NCBI GenBank assembly: GCA_965228135.1
Contig: OZ245798.1
Coordinates: forward strand, 1,469,220-1,533,219
DNA: 64,000 nt
Source: Tagaea sp.
GTDB taxonomy: Bacteria; Pseudomonadota; Alphaproteobacteria; CACIAM-22H2
Direction of reading: 5' to 3'
The position numbers were made by a program, and so were the translations under genes. How positions within the stretch are numbered: position 1 is the stretch's first letter; each line of letters opens with the position of its first letter. Below, piece after piece: positions 38,574-47,901 of this stretch. The notes under the pieces were generated by a model. It searched no databases and had not been told where the DNA came from. It worked only from the letters and a program-made list of their open reading frames with translations.

Positions 38574-39367
38574 GCGGCTTCTCCCGGCATTTCGATCTGG
38601 CGCAGCGCGCGTTTGACTTCGGCGCCGATGTCGTCGCGCAAGCGGCGGAACAGCGCGAGGCATTCCGCGCTGCCTTGATCGCGCGGATGCGGCAGGTTGA
38701 TGGTTTCGATCGTCTTGATCGAAGCGCGCGGCCCCGCGGTCATCACGACGACGCGGTCGGCGAGCAAAAGCGCCTCCCAGATGTCGTGCGTGACGAACAC
38801 GATCGTGCAGCCGGTCTCGCGCCAGATGCGGTCGAGCTCGCCTTGCAGAACCTCGCGCGTCTGCGCGTCGAGCGCGCCGAACGGCTCGTCCATCAGCAGG
38901 ATCGACGGCTCGTTGATCAGCACGCGCGCGATCTGCGCGCGCTGCATCATGCCGCCCGAAACCTGCGCCGGGAACAGATCGCCGGCATGGCCGAGCCCGA
39001 CCATCGCGAGATAGCGATCGGCCTTGGCGCGGCGCTCGGCCGCCGGAACGCCGCGCAGGCGCAAGCCGTACTCGACGTTCTGGCGGATCGTGAGCCAGGG
39101 GAAGAGCGCCTCCGAGGATTGGAACACGACGCCGCGTTCCAAACCCGGCGCGGTCACTTTCGCGCCATTCGCCTCCAGCGTGCCGGAAACCTCGACGAAC
39201 CCGGCGATCGCGTTGAGTACCGTCGACTTGCCGCAGCCCGAGGGGCCGAGCAGGCAGACGAACTCGCCGGGTTTGATCTCGAGATTGAGATTGGCGACGA
39301 TCTGCGACGTGCCGAGCGTGATGCCGACATGCCGCAGCGCGATGGAAGCGCCCTTCGCCATGGCCAT
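38570..39367 (-). CDS. ABC transporter ATP-binding protein (SsuB/TauB-type)
   Basis: Walker A GPSGCGKST, signature VSGGMMQR, Walker B LLMDEPF. True start MAMAKG at 39367. Confidence 0.8.
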   Translation of the reverse strand: MAMAKGASIALRHVGITLGTSQIVANLNLEIKPGEFVCLLGPSGCGKSTVLNAIAGFVEVSGTLEANGAKVTAPGLERGVVFQSSEALFPWLTIRQNVEYGLRLRGVPAAERRAKADRYLAMVGLGHAGDLFPAQVSGGMMQRAQIARVLINEPSILLMDEPFGALDAQTREVLQGELDRIWRETGCTIVFVTHDIWEALLLADRVVVMTAGPRASIKTIETINLPHPRDQGSAECLALFRRLRDDIGAEVKRALRQIEMPGEAA

Positions 39368-40314
39368 CAGCCTTTGTAGAAGCCGACTTGCATCACGTCG
39401 CGGAACGGCACGACGCCTTCGGTCACTTTCTTGTCGGCCAGGAACTGGGCGATCGCGTCGTAGCTCTTGATATCCTCCGGCGCGAAGTCGCGCACGACGG
39501 GATTCATGTCGGTGAGCGCCTTCAGCGTCGTTTCCTCGGGGATACGCGTGATCGCGCGCACCGCTTCGGCGGCGCGCTTGGGATTGGCGTGGACGATCGC
39601 GCTGGCCTTGGCGAGCGCGCGCAGCGTGGCGCGCAGGCCTTCGGGATTCTTCTGCAACGCGCCGGCGGTCGCGGTCAGCCACAGCGTATCGACGTAACCG
39701 ACGGCCGAGCTGTTCATCACGATGCGCCCGCCCTGCTGCACGCCCATCGACGGCCAAGGCTCCCACACGAAGAACGCGTCGATATCGCCGCGCGCGAGCA
39801 GTGCGGGCAGTTCGGGCGGGCCGGACGTGACCATGCGGATTTCGCCGGCATTGAGGCCGAGGGATTGAATCGCCAGGCCCGTGCAGTATTCCGACACGGT
39901 GCCGGGCACGACGCCGAAGCGCTTGATCTGCTTGGGATCGGCGATGCCCTTGCCGAGTACCAGCTTGATGTACTTGCCCGACTGATGGACGATCGCCAGC
40001 GGACGGATTTCCGCGCGCTTCATCCGCACGAGATTGGTCGGCTCCGACGCGCTGGCGACATCGACCTGGCCCGCGACCAGCGCGTTCATGCCGGCCCCGC
40101 CGTCCTGGAACAGCTGCAGCACGGCGCCGGACTTCTCGGCCTCGAAAATCTTTTCATGCGCGGCGACGAAGAACGACGAGAACACGGGATCCGATCCCAC
40201 GCCGATCGTGATGGGCGCGGCTTGCGCGACGGCGGGAACGCCAATTGCGCCGGCGGCGAGCGTACCGGCGGAAACGGTCAGAAAGCTTCGACGCGATGTT
40301 TTCTTGGCGAACAT
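39367..40314 (-). CDS. ABC transporter substrate-binding protein (NMT1/THI5-like), Tat signal
   Basis: RRSFLTVSAGTLAAGA twin-arginine leader, followed by an NMT1-like fold. Confidence 0.75.
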   Translation of the reverse strand: MFAKKTSRRSFLTVSAGTLAAGAIGVPAVAQAAPITIGVGSDPVFSSFFVAAHEKIFEAEKSGAVLQLFQDGGAGMNALVAGQVDVASASEPTNLVRMKRAEIRPLAIVHQSGKYIKLVLGKGIADPKQIKRFGVVPGTVSEYCTGLAIQSLGLNAGEIRMVTSGPPELPALLARGDIDAFFVWEPWPSMGVQQGGRIVMNSSAVGYVDTLWLTATAGALQKNPEGLRATLRALAKASAIVHANPKRAAEAVRAITRIPEETTLKALTDMNPVVRDFAPEDIKSYDAIAQFLADKKVTEGVVPFRDVMQVGFYKG

Positions 40315-40362
40315 TGGGGGCCTCTCCTGCTTTGGGACGTTGGGGTTTCGGGGGACGGGGGA

Positions 40363-40884
40363 TCAGGCGGCGGCGCGCAACTCGAAACGGCAGATATCGT
40401 CGTTATGCGATGCGGCGCAGCGCGTTTCGCGCGCGACGGCGCCGGGACCGATCAGATGCGGGGCGATCGCGGTCAAGATGCCGACGATCGGCGCGCAAGC
40501 CATCGCCGTTTGGCCGCGCAACGCTTGGGCGAAGGGCGAATTGCGGACGGTCACGGCGATGGCGCCGTCCGGCAGATCGGCGAATTCGAACACGCCCCAG
40601 CCGAGCTGGGCGGACGTTTCCACGATCACGCGGCGCAAGGCGTCGCCCATCGCGGCGCCGCTCGCGCGATAGGCGGCGATCGACTTGCCGCCATGTTCGG
40701 CGACCGAAGCGGCGAGTGCCGCGAAGGCCTGCGCGCGCGCCGCTTCGGGCAGACGCGCGAATAGGCCCATCAGCGCGTCGGGCCGCAGGGTGAGATAGCG
40801 GATCGCGCCGTCGCGCAACTCGCCGTTCGCCGCATCGTGGACCAGACGCTCGCGGAAGCTTTTGCCGAGATCGACCGCGCTCAC
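40363..40884 (-). CDS. V4R (4-vinyl-reductase/XylR-N-like) domain protein, GTG start
   Basis: The C-terminal 135 aa match the V4R ligand-binding fold. The only start compatible with the upstream gene is the GTG at 40884, which overlaps the monooxygenase stop (GTGA). The listed ORF 40363..41526 is an antisense extension. Confidence 0.55.
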   Translation of the reverse strand: MSAVDLGKSFRERLVHDAANGELRDGAIRYLTLRPDALMGLFARLPEAARAQAFAALAASVAEHGGKSIAAYRASGAAMGDALRRVIVETSAQLGWGVFEFADLPDGAIAVTVRNSPFAQALRGQTAMACAPIVGILTAIAPHLIGPGAVARETRCAASHNDDICRFELRAAA

Positions 40885-42086
40885 GGGAACCCCGCCGGCG
40901 CCGGAAGCCCCGCGAGCACCGCGCCCGCGTTCTCGAACGTCGCGTCGTTCAACGCCGCGTGCTGCGTCACCACCATCGCGTCGCGCAGGATGTGCTGCAA
41001 GCGGTTCGACGATTCCGCCGCCGCCATGCCCGCCGCCCGGTAGCAGGATTCGACCGTTTCCAGCGACGCGCGCGCCGCATGGCTCGCCGCGATGCGCATC
41101 AGGTTGACGAATTCGACGGGCAGCGCCGGCCGGTCGCGCAAGCGATCCCACGCTTCCTCGGCCGTTTCGTAGAAGAAGGCCCGCGCCGCACGCAGCTTGC
41201 CTTCGCCTTGCGCCAAGGCCGTGCGGAAATACGCGCGATCGGCGAGACGCGCGGCCCCCGGCATGATCTTCTTGGCGCCGGACATATCGGCGGCGAGATC
41301 GAGCGCCGCGCGCGCGAGGCCAAGATTGCAGACCGCATGGACCTGCGCTTGATAGGCGAGCGTCGGATAGCGGTAGAGCTGATCGTCGAAGATGCCTTGC
41401 GTGCCGCGATCGCAGGTCCACATATCGGCGTAGAACTTGTCGACCACGCGCGTATCGTGGCTGCCGGTGGCGCGCATGCCGACCACATCCCAGACTTCGA
41501 GGATCTCCACCTCGCGCGCGGCGCATACCGCCATTTTGACCTGCGGCGGACCGGCCTTGACCGCCGCGGGGTCCTTGCGCGGCATGATGCCCACACCGAT
41601 CCAGTCGGCCCCCATGCAGCCGGACGCGAAGCGCCAGCGTCCGCTGACCTTCCAGCCGCCCTCGACGCGATCGGCTTCGTGCAACGGATAAAGCCCGCCG
41701 GCGAAGACCTGATCCGGTCCGCCGGCGTAGATCGCTTCCTGCGCTTCCAGCGGCAGAGCGGCGATGTAGGTGTTGGCCGACCCGAACGCCGCGACCCAGC
41801 CGGTCGAGCCATCGACTTCGGCGATCGCTTCGACCATTTTGAGGAAGTGATGCGGCGCCATCGCATCGCCGCCGAAGCGCGTGGGCGTCGCCGCCCGGAA
41901 GACCCGCGCCGCCTTCATCAACGCGATCACATCGCGCGGCACATGACGCTTGACGTCGAACTCGCCGCGCCGCTCGCGGACCGCTTCCAGCAAACGCAGA
42001 AAGTCCGGCGTTTTCGTCAGTGAGGCGAAATCGACGGGCGCGCGGCGCGCGGCGGCAGGGGCGAGAATCTGGGCTTCGTTCTGCAT
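40881..42086 (-). CDS. Acyl-CoA-dehydrogenase-fold FADH2-dependent monooxygenase (TcpA/TftD/NpcA-like, group D)
   Basis: ACAD N-, middle and C-terminal domains without the acyl-CoA catalytic base context. Sits next to flavin reductase and hydroxyquinol-pathway genes. Start trimmed to MQNEAQIL. Confidence 0.75.
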   Translation of the reverse strand: MQNEAQILAPAAARRAPVDFASLTKTPDFLRLLEAVRERRGEFDVKRHVPRDVIALMKAARVFRAATPTRFGGDAMAPHHFLKMVEAIAEVDGSTGWVAAFGSANTYIAALPLEAQEAIYAGGPDQVFAGGLYPLHEADRVEGGWKVSGRWRFASGCMGADWIGVGIMPRKDPAAVKAGPPQVKMAVCAAREVEILEVWDVVGMRATGSHDTRVVDKFYADMWTCDRGTQGIFDDQLYRYPTLAYQAQVHAVCNLGLARAALDLAADMSGAKKIMPGAARLADRAYFRTALAQGEGKLRAARAFFYETAEEAWDRLRDRPALPVEFVNLMRIAASHAARASLETVESCYRAAGMAAAESSNRLQHILRDAMVVTQHAALNDATFENAGAVLAGLPAPAGFP

Positions 42087-42352
42087 CGGGGGGATCGAGC
42101 CTTCGAAAAACTTCGCGGAGCTAACGTCCCGATGAGACGGGCGCGCGGCCTTAGGGTCAAATGCGATGTTGTCATTGGCCGAATTATCGATGCGAATAAT
42201 GGGCGCGAACGCCGATCCATGGCGCGCATATGCTCGCCGATGCGGCAAAGCCGGATTCATTCGCGTGCAGTTCCAATAAAAAATAAGCAAAGGCGTGTCT
42301 CGACATTCGCGTCGATCGGAAAGATTATGCGCGCCCCTCGAGGAGTGCCGAC

Positions 42353-43219
42353 ATGCCCCACACCGCGAAACAGCCATTTGCGCACGCCGTCAGCGAAGCG
42401 ACGCGCGACGACGCGCCCGAGCGATTGATCGAGGCGCGTTATCGCGCCGCACTCGACGGCAATCCGCGATGGAATGCGACGATCGCCGGATTGCTCGCGC
42501 ATCGTTCGGTGCGCGGCTACGCGAACGCGCCTTTGCCCGAGGACACGCTGGAGACGCTGATCGCGGCGGCGCAATCGGCGCCGACATCCTCCAATCTGCA
42601 AGTCTGGAGCGTCGTCGCCGTGGCCGATCCGGCGCGCAAGGCGCGTTTGTCGATGTTCGCGGGCAACCAGAAGCATATCGTCGACGCGCCGTTGTTCCTG
42701 GTCTGGCTCGCCGATCTCAGCCGTTTGCGCGCGTTGGGCGATGCGCGCGGCGTCACGACCGAAGCCCTCGATCATCTGGAGATGTTTCTGACCGGCGCGA
42801 TCGACGCCGCACTCGCCGCGCAGAACGCCGTCGTGGCGGCCGAAAGCCTTGGGCTCGGCACGGTCTATATCGGCGGCATGCGCAACAAGCCCGAGGACGT
42901 CGCGGCGGAGTTGAAGCTGCCGGCGAATGTGTTCGCGGTGTTCGGGCTTTGCGTGGGCGTGCCCGATCCCGCGATCGTCACCGGGATCAAACCGCGCCTG
43001 CCGCAGCGCGCGGTCATGCATCGCGAAACCTACGATGCCGCGGCCAGCGCCGATATCGGCGCCTACGACGCGGCGATGCAGGCATTCCAAGGCGAGCAGA
43101 AGGTCAGGCAAGTGCCGTGGAGCGACCAAGCGCTGCGCCGCGTCGCAGGGCCGCAATCGCTGTCCGGTCGCGATCGGTTGCGCGCGGCGCTGCATAATCT
43201 CGGCTTCCTTTTGCGTTAG
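42353..43219 (+). CDS. Nitroreductase-family oxidoreductase (TcpB/NfsA-like)
   Basis: Nitroreductase fold (RRSVRGY...PTSSNLQ...); divergent from the monooxygenase gene. Confidence 0.8.
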   Translation: MPHTAKQPFAHAVSEATRDDAPERLIEARYRAALDGNPRWNATIAGLLAHRSVRGYANAPLPEDTLETLIAAAQSAPTSSNLQVWSVVAVADPARKARLSMFAGNQKHIVDAPLFLVWLADLSRLRALGDARGVTTEALDHLEMFLTGAIDAALAAQNAVVAAESLGLGTVYIGGMRNKPEDVAAELKLPANVFAVFGLCVGVPDPAIVTGIKPRLPQRAVMHRETYDAAASADIGAYDAAMQAFQGEQKVRQVPWSDQALRRVAGPQSLSGRDRLRAALHNLGFLLR

Positions 43220-43220
43220 G

Positions 43221-43895
43221 TCAGAGGGCCGGCACCTTCAACTCGCCGACGGTGCCGTCGATATGGAGCTTGGCGCCGGTGAGCGCTTGGAGTTCGTCGA
43301 GCGTCATGCCGCCAAGCTTCTCGCGCAGCACGAATTTGCCGCCGACGATGTCGATCACGGCAAGGCTCGTATAGACCCGCGTGACGCAGCCCACACCGGT
43401 CAACGGCAAGGTGCAGCGCTCGACCAGTTTGGGCTTACCGTCCTTGGTCACATGCTCGGTGATCACCGCCACGCGCTTGGCGCCGTGCACGAGATCCATC
43501 GCCCCGCCGACGGCCGGCACGCCTTTGGGGCCGGTGCTCCAATTCGCCAGATCGCCGCTTTGCGCGACTTGATAGGCGCCGAGGATCGCGACATCCAAAT
43601 GCCCGCCGCGCACCATCGCGAAGCTGGTCGCGTGGTCGAAAAAGGCCGAGCCCGGCTTCAACGTCACGGCTTTTTTGCCGGCATTGATCAGATCCCAGTC
43701 TTCTTCGCCCGCTTTGGGTGCCGGCCCGAAATCCAAGATGCCGTTCTCGGTGTGGAAGATCGCTTGGCGCCCCGGCGGCTGATATTGCGCCACCATCTCC
43801 GGGAAGCCGATCCCGAGATTGACGTAAGCGCCGTCGTCGATGTCCTGCGCCGCGCGCCAGGCGATCTGGGCGTTGGAAAGTTTTTCGGCGGTCAT
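43221..43895 (-). CDS. 3-oxoacid/3-oxoadipate CoA-transferase subunit B
   Basis: CoA_trans family, active-site Glu region (FHTENG). Start MTAEKL at 43895 overlaps the subunit A stop (ATGA); the listed ORF fuses both subunits. Confidence 0.8.
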   Translation of the reverse strand: MTAEKLSNAQIAWRAAQDIDDGAYVNLGIGFPEMVAQYQPPGRQAIFHTENGILDFGPAPKAGEEDWDLINAGKKAVTLKPGSAFFDHATSFAMVRGGHLDVAILGAYQVAQSGDLANWSTGPKGVPAVGGAMDLVHGAKRVAVITEHVTKDGKPKLVERCTLPLTGVGCVTRVYTSLAVIDIVGGKFVLREKLGGMTLDELQALTGAKLHIDGTVGELKVPAL

Positions 43896-44599
43896 GGGTA
43901 GCGCGCCCCCGCGCGGTTCAAATCTTCTTCCTGCGCCGGGTTCGGCACTTCGACGATCTTCTGGACGAAGATGCCGGGCGTGACGACGCTTTCGGGCGCG
44001 ATCCCGCCGGGCTCGACGAGCTTCGAGACCTGCACGATTGCCGTGGCCGACGCCATACACATCAGCGGGCCGAAGTTCCGAGCGGCCGCGCGATAGGTGA
44101 GATTGCCATGCGTGTCGCCGATCTCCGCCTTTACCAGGGCGAAATCCGCTTTCAGCCAGCGTTCCTGCACGTAAGGCCGGCCGTCGAACTCGGCGACCGG
44201 CTTGCCCTTGGCGAGATCGGTGCCGTAGCTCGTGGGCGTATAGAACGCCGGGATGCCCGCCCCGCCCGCGCGAATACGTTCGGCGAGCGTGCCTTGCGGG
44301 ACGAGTTCCAACTCGATCTTGCCGGCAAGGTAACGCTCGGTGAACACGACCGGATCGGCCGAGCGCGGAAAGGAGCAGATGAGTTTCGCCACGCATCCCG
44401 CTTCGATCAGCGCGGCGAGGCCGACATGGCCGTTCCCCGCGTTGTTGTTGACGACGGTGAGGCCCTTGGGCCCCTTGTCGATCAGCGCATGGATCAGCTC
44501 GATCGGCGAGCCGGACCCGCCGAACCCGCCGATCATCACCGATGCGCCATCGCCGATCACCGAGACGGCGGCGGCGGCGGATTTCGATATTTTGTCCAT
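43892..44599 (-). CDS. 3-oxoacid/3-oxoadipate CoA-transferase subunit A
   Basis: CoA_trans family N-terminal subunit (GGFGGSGSP). Confidence 0.8.
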   Translation of the reverse strand: MDKISKSAAAAVSVIGDGASVMIGGFGGSGSPIELIHALIDKGPKGLTVVNNNAGNGHVGLAALIEAGCVAKLICSFPRSADPVVFTERYLAGKIELELVPQGTLAERIRAGGAGIPAFYTPTSYGTDLAKGKPVAEFDGRPYVQERWLKADFALVKAEIGDTHGNLTYRAAARNFGPLMCMASATAIVQVSKLVEPGGIAPESVVTPGIFVQKIVEVPNPAQEEDLNRAGARYP

Positions 44600-44642
44600 A
44601 TCGTCTCGTTAGGCGAAACGCGGCGATCGGCGCAGACACGAG

Positions 44643-44659
44643 ATATCCATTTTGGATAT
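44643..44659. promoter_or_regulatory. Perfect inverted repeat ATATCCA-N3-TGGATAT (candidate operator) in a divergent promoter region
   Basis: 7-bp arms with a 3-nt spacer, then an 8-bp GC hairpin (GGAGGCGG-agcc-CCGCCTCC) at 44669-44688, between the CoA-transferase and maleylacetate reductase genes. Confidence 0.3.
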
Positions 44660-44727
44660 GATTCGGCGGGAGGCGGAGCCCCGCCTCCGCTAGGCTCGGG
44701 TCGCTTCGGCCAAGAGCGATTGCCGCC

Positions 44728-45804
44728 ATGACATCGGGGAGCGACGTGAAGGAATTCGTCTACGAAGCGCTGCCGTCGCGCGTGATCTTCGGCTGGGGCG
44801 CCACCGCGCGCCTAACGGCCGAAGTCGAGCGACTGAATCTGAAACATATTCTCGTCCTATCGACGCCCGCGCAAACCGGCACCGCGCGCACGGTCGCCGC
44901 CGCGTTGGGCAACCGCGTCGCGGCGACCTTCGACGGCGCGGCGATGCACACGCCCGTCGACGTGACGAATCGCGCGATGGAGATCGTGCGCGCGAACGGC
45001 ATCGACGCCACGCTCGCCATCGGCGGCGGATCGACGATCGGCCTCGGCAAGGCCATCGCCTTGCGCACCGATCTGCCGCAGATCACGCTGCCCACGACCT
45101 ATGCCGGGTCGGAGATGACGCCGATTCTCGGTCAAACCGAAAACGGCGTGAAAACGACGATCCGCGACCCGCGCGTGCTGCCGGAAATCGTTATCTACGA
45201 TCCGGCCCATACGCTGTCGCTGCCCGTGGCCCTTTCCTCGACCAGCGGGCTCAATGCGATCGCGCATGCCGTCGAAGGTCTTTACGCCAAGGACGGCAAT
45301 CCGATCGTGTCGCTGATGGCGCAGGACGGCATTCGCGCCCTTGCGTCCGCGTTGCCGGTGCTGATCGAACGCCCCGCCAATCGCGACGCGCGCGAGAAGG
45401 CGCTGTATGGGGCCTGGCTTTGCGGCGCCACGCTCGGCGCGGTCGGCATGGCGCTGCATCACAAGCTATGCCACGTGCTCGGCGGCACGTTCGATCTGCC
45501 GCACGCCGAAACCCATAGCGTCATCCTGCCATATGCCGTCGCATACAACGCCGGTGCGGCACCCGATGCGATGCACGCGATCGAACGCGCGTTGGGTGCG
45601 GGTCCCGCCGCATCCGCGTTGCAAACGCTCGCCAAGCGGATCGGCGCGCCGCTCTCCCTCGCGGCGATCGGCATGCCCAAGGACGGCATCGACAAAGCCG
45701 CCGATCTCGCCGTCGCCAATCCCTATTGGAACCCGCGCCCCATCGACCGCGCGTCGATCGCCGCTTTGATCGCCGACGCCTTCGCCGGAAAGAGCCTCCC
45801 ATGA
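44728..45804 (+). CDS. Maleylacetate reductase (iron-containing alcohol dehydrogenase family)
   Basis: Fe-ADH fold, GGGS(T/V)IG NAD motif. Stop overlaps the next start (ATGA). Confidence 0.8.
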   Translation: MTSGSDVKEFVYEALPSRVIFGWGATARLTAEVERLNLKHILVLSTPAQTGTARTVAAALGNRVAATFDGAAMHTPVDVTNRAMEIVRANGIDATLAIGGGSTIGLGKAIALRTDLPQITLPTTYAGSEMTPILGQTENGVKTTIRDPRVLPEIVIYDPAHTLSLPVALSSTSGLNAIAHAVEGLYAKDGNPIVSLMAQDGIRALASALPVLIERPANRDAREKALYGAWLCGATLGAVGMALHHKLCHVLGGTFDLPHAETHSVILPYAVAYNAGAAPDAMHAIERALGAGPAASALQTLAKRIGAPLSLAAIGMPKDGIDKAADLAVANPYWNPRPIDRASIAALIADAFAGKSLP

Positions 45805-46679
45805 CCGCCAACGGATATTTCACGCGTGAAAACTCCGCCGAAACCGTGATCGCGCGGATGAAGGATTGTCCCGACGCGCGTCTGGTGCAAGTGATGTCGG
45901 CGCTGATCCGTCATCTGCATGCCGCCGTCGACGAGGTCGGGTTGACGATGAAGGAATGGGAAGCGGCGATCGCCTTCCTGACCAAGACCGGCCACACCTG
46001 CACCGAATGGCGGCAGGAATTCATCCTGCTTTCCGACATCCTGGGCGCTTCGATGTTGGTCGACGCGATCAATCACGATCGCGGCGGCGGCACCACGGAA
46101 TCGACCGTGCTGGGCCCGTTCCATGTCGCCCAGGCGCCGATGCGCGCGATGGGTGACGATATTTGTCTCGACCATGTCGGCAGCCCCATCGTCGTCCACG
46201 GCAAAGTCCTCGATCCCGACGGCAAACCGATCGCGGGCGCGCTGCTGGACGTATGGCAGGCGAACGGCGACGGATTCTACGACGTGCAGCAAGCGGGCAT
46301 CCAGCCGCCGATGAATCTGCGCGGCCGCTTCACGACCGGCGCCGACGGGCGCTTTTGGTTCAAGACGATCGAGCCGCGCTTCTACCCGATCCCCGATGAC
46401 GGGCCGGTCGGCAAGCTGTTGCGCGCGATGGGCCGCCACCCCTTCCGTCCTGCGCATATCCATTTCATCGTCGAAGCGCCGGGCTTCGAGAAGCTGACGA
46501 CGCATCTTTTCCCGCGTGGCGCCGAGTATCTCGATTCGGACGCGGTGTTCGGCGTGAAGGATAGCCTGATCGCCGATCTGGCCCCGGCCGACGATCCGAC
46601 GCTCGCCGCCGCGTGCCGCATCGCCAACCCGTTCACGGCGATGGAATGGGAATTCCGCTTGAGCCGCGAAGCGCGCTGA
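45801..46679 (+). CDS. Intradiol ring-cleavage dioxygenase (hydroxyquinol 1,2-dioxygenase-like)
   Basis: Catechol-dioxygenase N-terminal domain plus intradiol catalytic domain (Fe ligands in ...FRPAHIHF...). Start MTANGY at 45801. Confidence 0.8.
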   Translation: MTANGYFTRENSAETVIARMKDCPDARLVQVMSALIRHLHAAVDEVGLTMKEWEAAIAFLTKTGHTCTEWRQEFILLSDILGASMLVDAINHDRGGGTTESTVLGPFHVAQAPMRAMGDDICLDHVGSPIVVHGKVLDPDGKPIAGALLDVWQANGDGFYDVQQAGIQPPMNLRGRFTTGADGRFWFKTIEPRFYPIPDDGPVGKLLRAMGRHPFRPAHIHFIVEAPGFEKLTTHLFPRGAEYLDSDAVFGVKDSLIADLAPADDPTLAAACRIANPFTAMEWEFRLSREAR

Positions 46680-46688
46680 GGGACGAAA

Positions 46689-46976
46689 ATGCTCTACGCC
46701 ATCCATTGTCTCGACAAGCCCGGCGCGCTGGCGCTGCGTCTTGCCAATTACGACGCGCATAAAGCCTATCTCGGCGCGGCACCGCTCAAGACGCTGGTGT
46801 CCGGACCGCTGGTCGCGGCCGATGGCGAAACAATGATCGGCAGTCTGCTGATCGTCGAAGCCGCGAGCCGGACGGATGTCGAGGCCTTCAACCGCAACGA
46901 CCCGTTCGCCAAGGCCGGCGTATGGGAACGCGTCAGCATCGAAGCGTTTTTGAAGCGCGTCGACAACCGCATCTAA
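46689..46976 (+). CDS. YciI-like protein
   Basis: 95 aa, YciI/Dabb-like fold. Confidence 0.7.
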   Translation: MLYAIHCLDKPGALALRLANYDAHKAYLGAAPLKTLVSGPLVAADGETMIGSLLIVEAASRTDVEAFNRNDPFAKAGVWERVSIEAFLKRVDNRI

Positions 46977-46995
46977 GGCCGTAAGGAAGAATCGA

Positions 46996-47880
46996 ATGAC
47001 GACGCACGAGAACGTCGGCTGGGTCGGCGTCGGCAAAATGGGGCAGCCCATGACCCGCCATCTGATGGCGGCGGGCCATCCTGTGTTCGTCGTCGAGCCC
47101 GACGCCGGCAACCGCGCCGCCGCCGCCAAGGCCGGTGCGACGATCTGCGCCGATCTCGGCGCGCTCGCCGGCACGGCGCGGATCGTGTTCACGATGATCC
47201 CCAACGACGCCACGCTCGACGCGATCGTCACGGGAAAGGACGGTCTCGCCGGCGCGATGCGCGACGGCGATATCCTGATCGATATGAGCACCGTATCGCC
47301 GCGCGCCTCCGCACGCGCGGCAAACGCTTGCGCCGCGCGCGGCATCGCCTTTCTGCGGGCGCCCGTCTCGGGCAGCACGGCGACCGCCGAACAGGCCGCC
47401 TTGTCGGTCCTCGTTTCCGGACCGCGCGCGGCGTTCGATCGCGTCGAACCGTTGCTCGCCGCGTTCTCCAGAACGCGGCTCTATCTGGGCGACGGCGAGC
47501 AAGCGCGGTACCTGAAGATCGTGTTGAACACGCTGGTCGGCGGCACGGCCGCGATCACGGCGGAAGCGCTGGCGCTAGGCCGCGAAGGCGGGCTCGACGA
47601 CGCGACGATGATGGACACCATCGCCAAAAGCGCCGTCGCCTCGCCGTTGCTCGGCTATAAGCGCGACATGATCGTTTCGGGCGACTACGCGCCGGCCTTT
47701 TCGGTCCTGCAGATGATCAAGGATCTCGACATCATCCTGTCCACCGCGGAAGCGGACGGCGTCGCGATGCCGGTGGCGCAGGACGCGCGCCGCCTTTACG
47801 CCGACGCCGTCCAAGCGGGGCTTGGCGAGCGCGATTTTTTCGTGCTCGCCGATAGGGGCAGGCGCGGCGCCGCCGGATGA
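46996..47880 (+). CDS. NAD(P)-dependent oxidoreductase, 3-hydroxyisobutyrate dehydrogenase family
   Basis: N-terminal GWVGVGKMG Rossmann motif, followed by the 6-PGDH-like C-terminal domain. Confidence 0.75.
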   Translation: MTTHENVGWVGVGKMGQPMTRHLMAAGHPVFVVEPDAGNRAAAAKAGATICADLGALAGTARIVFTMIPNDATLDAIVTGKDGLAGAMRDGDILIDMSTVSPRASARAANACAARGIAFLRAPVSGSTATAEQAALSVLVSGPRAAFDRVEPLLAAFSRTRLYLGDGEQARYLKIVLNTLVGGTAAITAEALALGREGGLDDATMMDTIAKSAVASPLLGYKRDMIVSGDYAPAFSVLQMIKDLDIILSTAEADGVAMPVAQDARRLYADAVQAGLGERDFFVLADRGRRGAAG

Positions 47881-47901
47881 ACGACGCCGCGCCGCCGCCG
47901 C

